NCBI GenBank assembly: GCA_040235395.1
Contig: JBECKS010000178.1
Span: forward strand, 1-59,229
Direction: 5' to 3'
Length of the DNA: 59,229 nt
DNA from: Pseudomonadales bacterium
GTDB lineage: Bacteria > Pseudomonadota > Gammaproteobacteria > Pseudomonadales > JBECKS01
In this document: positions 57,302 through 59,229 of the stretch, piece after piece
How the letters are laid out: every line of letters starts with the position of its first letter
Numbering within the stretch: position 1 is the first letter of the stretch
Notes under the pieces: model-generated
Told to the model about the DNA's origin: nothing
The model's database searches: none
Seen by the model: the letters and a program-made list of their open reading frames with translations, nothing else
Position numbers and translations under genes: made by a program

Positions 57302-58699
57302 TTATGCCATGCTTGCTTTTTGCTCAGCTGTCTGAGCCATCATGCCTAAAGCCTTTTCTTCCAGTACCTGAATAATCCCCTTGCTTCTTTCATTAACCAG
57401 GGTATGCAGAAGCACTGCTGGAATCGCAATGGCCAAGCCTTCAACGGTTGTTACCAAGGCTTGTGAAATTCCACCCGCCATTAATTTTGGATCACCGGTG
57501 CCAAAGAGAGACATCACCTCAAAGGTGTTAATCATCCCGGTCACTGTGCCTAATAAACCTAAAAGCGGTGCAATCGCCGCAATAATTTTTAACCAGGATA
57601 TAAATCGGGTGATATCTGGAAGCTCCTTGGCAATCGCTTCAGAAACACTTAATTCCAGTGTTTCAATATCAACATCATTCCTTGATTCAACTTGATACGC
57701 GTTCATGATGCGGCCAAGTGGGTTTCCATTATCTGCTGTGGACGATGCAATCTGCGATTTCACAGCTTGACTGATTTTTGCCAGTTTCAGCATTCTTTCT
57801 ACAGCAATAATCAAAGCAATTAATCCAAGAATTAGAATGACGTAACCAACCGTTCCACCCTGTTGTATGCGTTCGCCTAAACCAGGTGTTTTCAACAAGA
57901 TTGAGAGCAATGCACCTCTTGATGGGTCTAGCCAGAATGCAACCTGCTCGCCCGATTTTGCATCCATCAGATCATCAGCAGAACCTGCTATATATGATGC
58001 TGGTTGTTTTGCTAGCTCAACCAAGGATTGAGATTCATTGTTCCAGATTAAATATCCATCCTCGCTGATGGTATTAAAACTGCCCACCTGTATAACCGTC
58101 TGCTTTGAGCTTTCTCCATTAACCTGTGTTACTAAGGTTTCATATCTGTCTATTTTTCCTGACTGAGTAATTTCCTGATGTAACTCAAACCAGAGTTTTT
58201 CAAGATCTTCAATTGAAGGAAACCTGCTCGTTGATGAAGACTTCTCTATCAAATCATCCATCAAAACACCACGATCAGAGAATTTTGCTGATGAAAGTGA
58301 TGAATCAAAGGTGCCTTTAGTATCGCCAGCGACCTGCTGTATAACACCAAACATTTCTTTCAGGTTTCCAAGCCGGGCTGTCAAACGCTCTTGTTGCTTT
58401 GCAAGCTCTTTTTCGTTTTGTGCAAATTGGATTTCTAATGCTTCACTACGTTTTTCAAGCTTTGCTTTTTCTGCCTTGGCTTCTGCAATCATCGTATCCT
58501 GTTGCTGAACCTGTTTCTGAAACTGTGCCAGACGCTGTCTTTGTAAGGCTGCGTCTTTTGACATGCCTTCCCTTACTAACTGAAGTAATTCATCTATACC
58601 ATTAGCTTCATTTTCTGCATAAGCAATCGGCGTACTTGCAAATGCAAACAAGGAAAAAACTACAATCAGAAACCTTTTTTTAACTGCTATATTTTTCAT
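57302..58699 (-). CDS. ttpC: TtpC-like protein (large periplasmic domain plus ExbB-type channel)
   Basis: Signal peptide, coiled coil, 'DPSRG', 'APLLGLLGTVTGMI' and 'GISQALVTT'. Start is 58699 or 58708. Confidence 0.85.
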   Translation of the reverse strand: MKNIAVKKRFLIVVFSLFAFASTPIAYAENEANGIDELLQLVREGMSKDAALQRQRLAQFQKQVQQQDTMIAEAKAEKAKLEKRSEALEIQFAQNEKELAKQQERLTARLGNLKEMFGVIQQVAGDTKGTFDSSLSSAKFSDRGVLMDDLIEKSSSTSRFPSIEDLEKLWFELHQEITQSGKIDRYETLVTQVNGESSKQTVIQVGSFNTISEDGYLIWNNESQSLVELAKQPASYIAGSADDLMDAKSGEQVAFWLDPSRGALLSILLKTPGLGERIQQGGTVGYVILILGLIALIIAVERMLKLAKISQAVKSQIASSTADNGNPLGRIMNAYQVESRNDVDIETLELSVSEAIAKELPDITRFISWLKIIAAIAPLLGLLGTVTGMINTFEVMSLFGTGDPKLMAGGISQALVTTVEGLAIAIPAVLLHTLVNERSKGIIQVLEEKALGMMAQTAEQKASMA

Positions 58700-58746
58700 A
58701 AATCTCAATCTCTACTTGAACTGTCTAAAACCTAACTGCCTTCAAA

Positions 58747-59229
58747 TCAGGAAGCGCTTGGCAAGGTAACTGGAATCTTTATTAATTCTGGTGCTGCCTG
58801 TTCTCTTGCTATACGAATTGCCTTTTGGATTTTGCTTTTATAGCTGCTATCTAATTCTTCCCATTTTTGTGTTTTTTGGTTCCAACTTCCAATACGTTCT
58901 CCATCAAGAGATTGGTATAAAAGTGCTATTCTTCCGATTCTTAGTATATCGACCTGTTGCTCGACTCCATTAATATCGAGGTCTTCACGGTAGGCCTCAA
59001 TCGTACGACCATAGTCAATTTCGTTCTGATACATCTCCAGAATTTTTCGATATTTTTCTGCAACACTGACATCCGAACGTTCTAGTGTTGCCCTCAAGGT
59101 AGCAAGTTTTTGCATCCGCTCTTCCTTCTTGAAAGGCAAGTCAAGCGCAATCAGTTGGTCAAGCGAGTCAAGCATTCTCAACATCAACGGCGCGATTTGA
59201 CGTTCCATCTCTGCGCTATGAATAATTGC
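58747..59229 (-). CDS. DUF3450 / TtpB-like protein, 5' truncated by the window
   Basis: The frame is open to the window end; 'PLMLRMLDSL...DLPF...EKYRKILE...DYGR...LRIGRIAL'. Confidence 0.82.
   Translation of the reverse strand, partial: AIIHSAEMERQIAPLMLRMLDSLDQLIALDLPFKKEERMQKLATLRATLERSDVSVAEKYRKILEMYQNEIDYGRTIEAYREDLDINGVEQQVDILRIGRIALLYQSLDGERIGSWNQKTQKWEELDSSYKSKIQKAIRIAREQAAPELIKIPVTLPSAS

Overview
This window is almost entirely core chromosome of an AT-rich (about 40% GC by eye) gammaproteobacterium. Gene order resembles Pseudomonas/Oceanospirillales, and slmA plus a TtpC-type TonB system suggest a marine lineage. In order it holds: the SAM/methyl cycle (partial sahR, metK, ahcY, metF); rsmE; a type IV pilus Pil-Chp chemosensory operon (pilG-pilI-pilJ-pilK-chpA-chpB-chpC, with no pilH); gshB-tonB3-like-algH-yqgF-pyrR-pyrB-pyrC'; pilT-pilU; yggS-proC-yggT; smrA; metX-metW-DUF4426-rdgB-hemW; a CMD/AhpD-like gene; thiS-thiG-trmB; ftsYEX-rpoH; rsmD; an MMPL transporter; coaD; mutM; rpmBG; radC; coaBC, long-form algC, argB, slmA; an atypical SDR; a secreted esterase; and a ttpB-ttpC-exbB-exbD-tonB-TPR operon cut off by the window end. 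I saw no transposase, integrase, prophage, CRISPR array, tRNA or rRNA, and I cannot support a claim of a wholly new multi-gene system. The best leads are: two diverged ERIC-like palindromic elements flanking metF that show a compensatory base-pair change; a CIRCE operator plus a sigma-E promoter upstream of rpoH; the PilH-less Chp operon and the Hpt layout of ChpA; an AlgC that appears to exist only in membrane-anchored form; and structured or repeat-containing leaders in front of pilG and pilT. All calls come from recognising motifs and families by eye; no searches were run.
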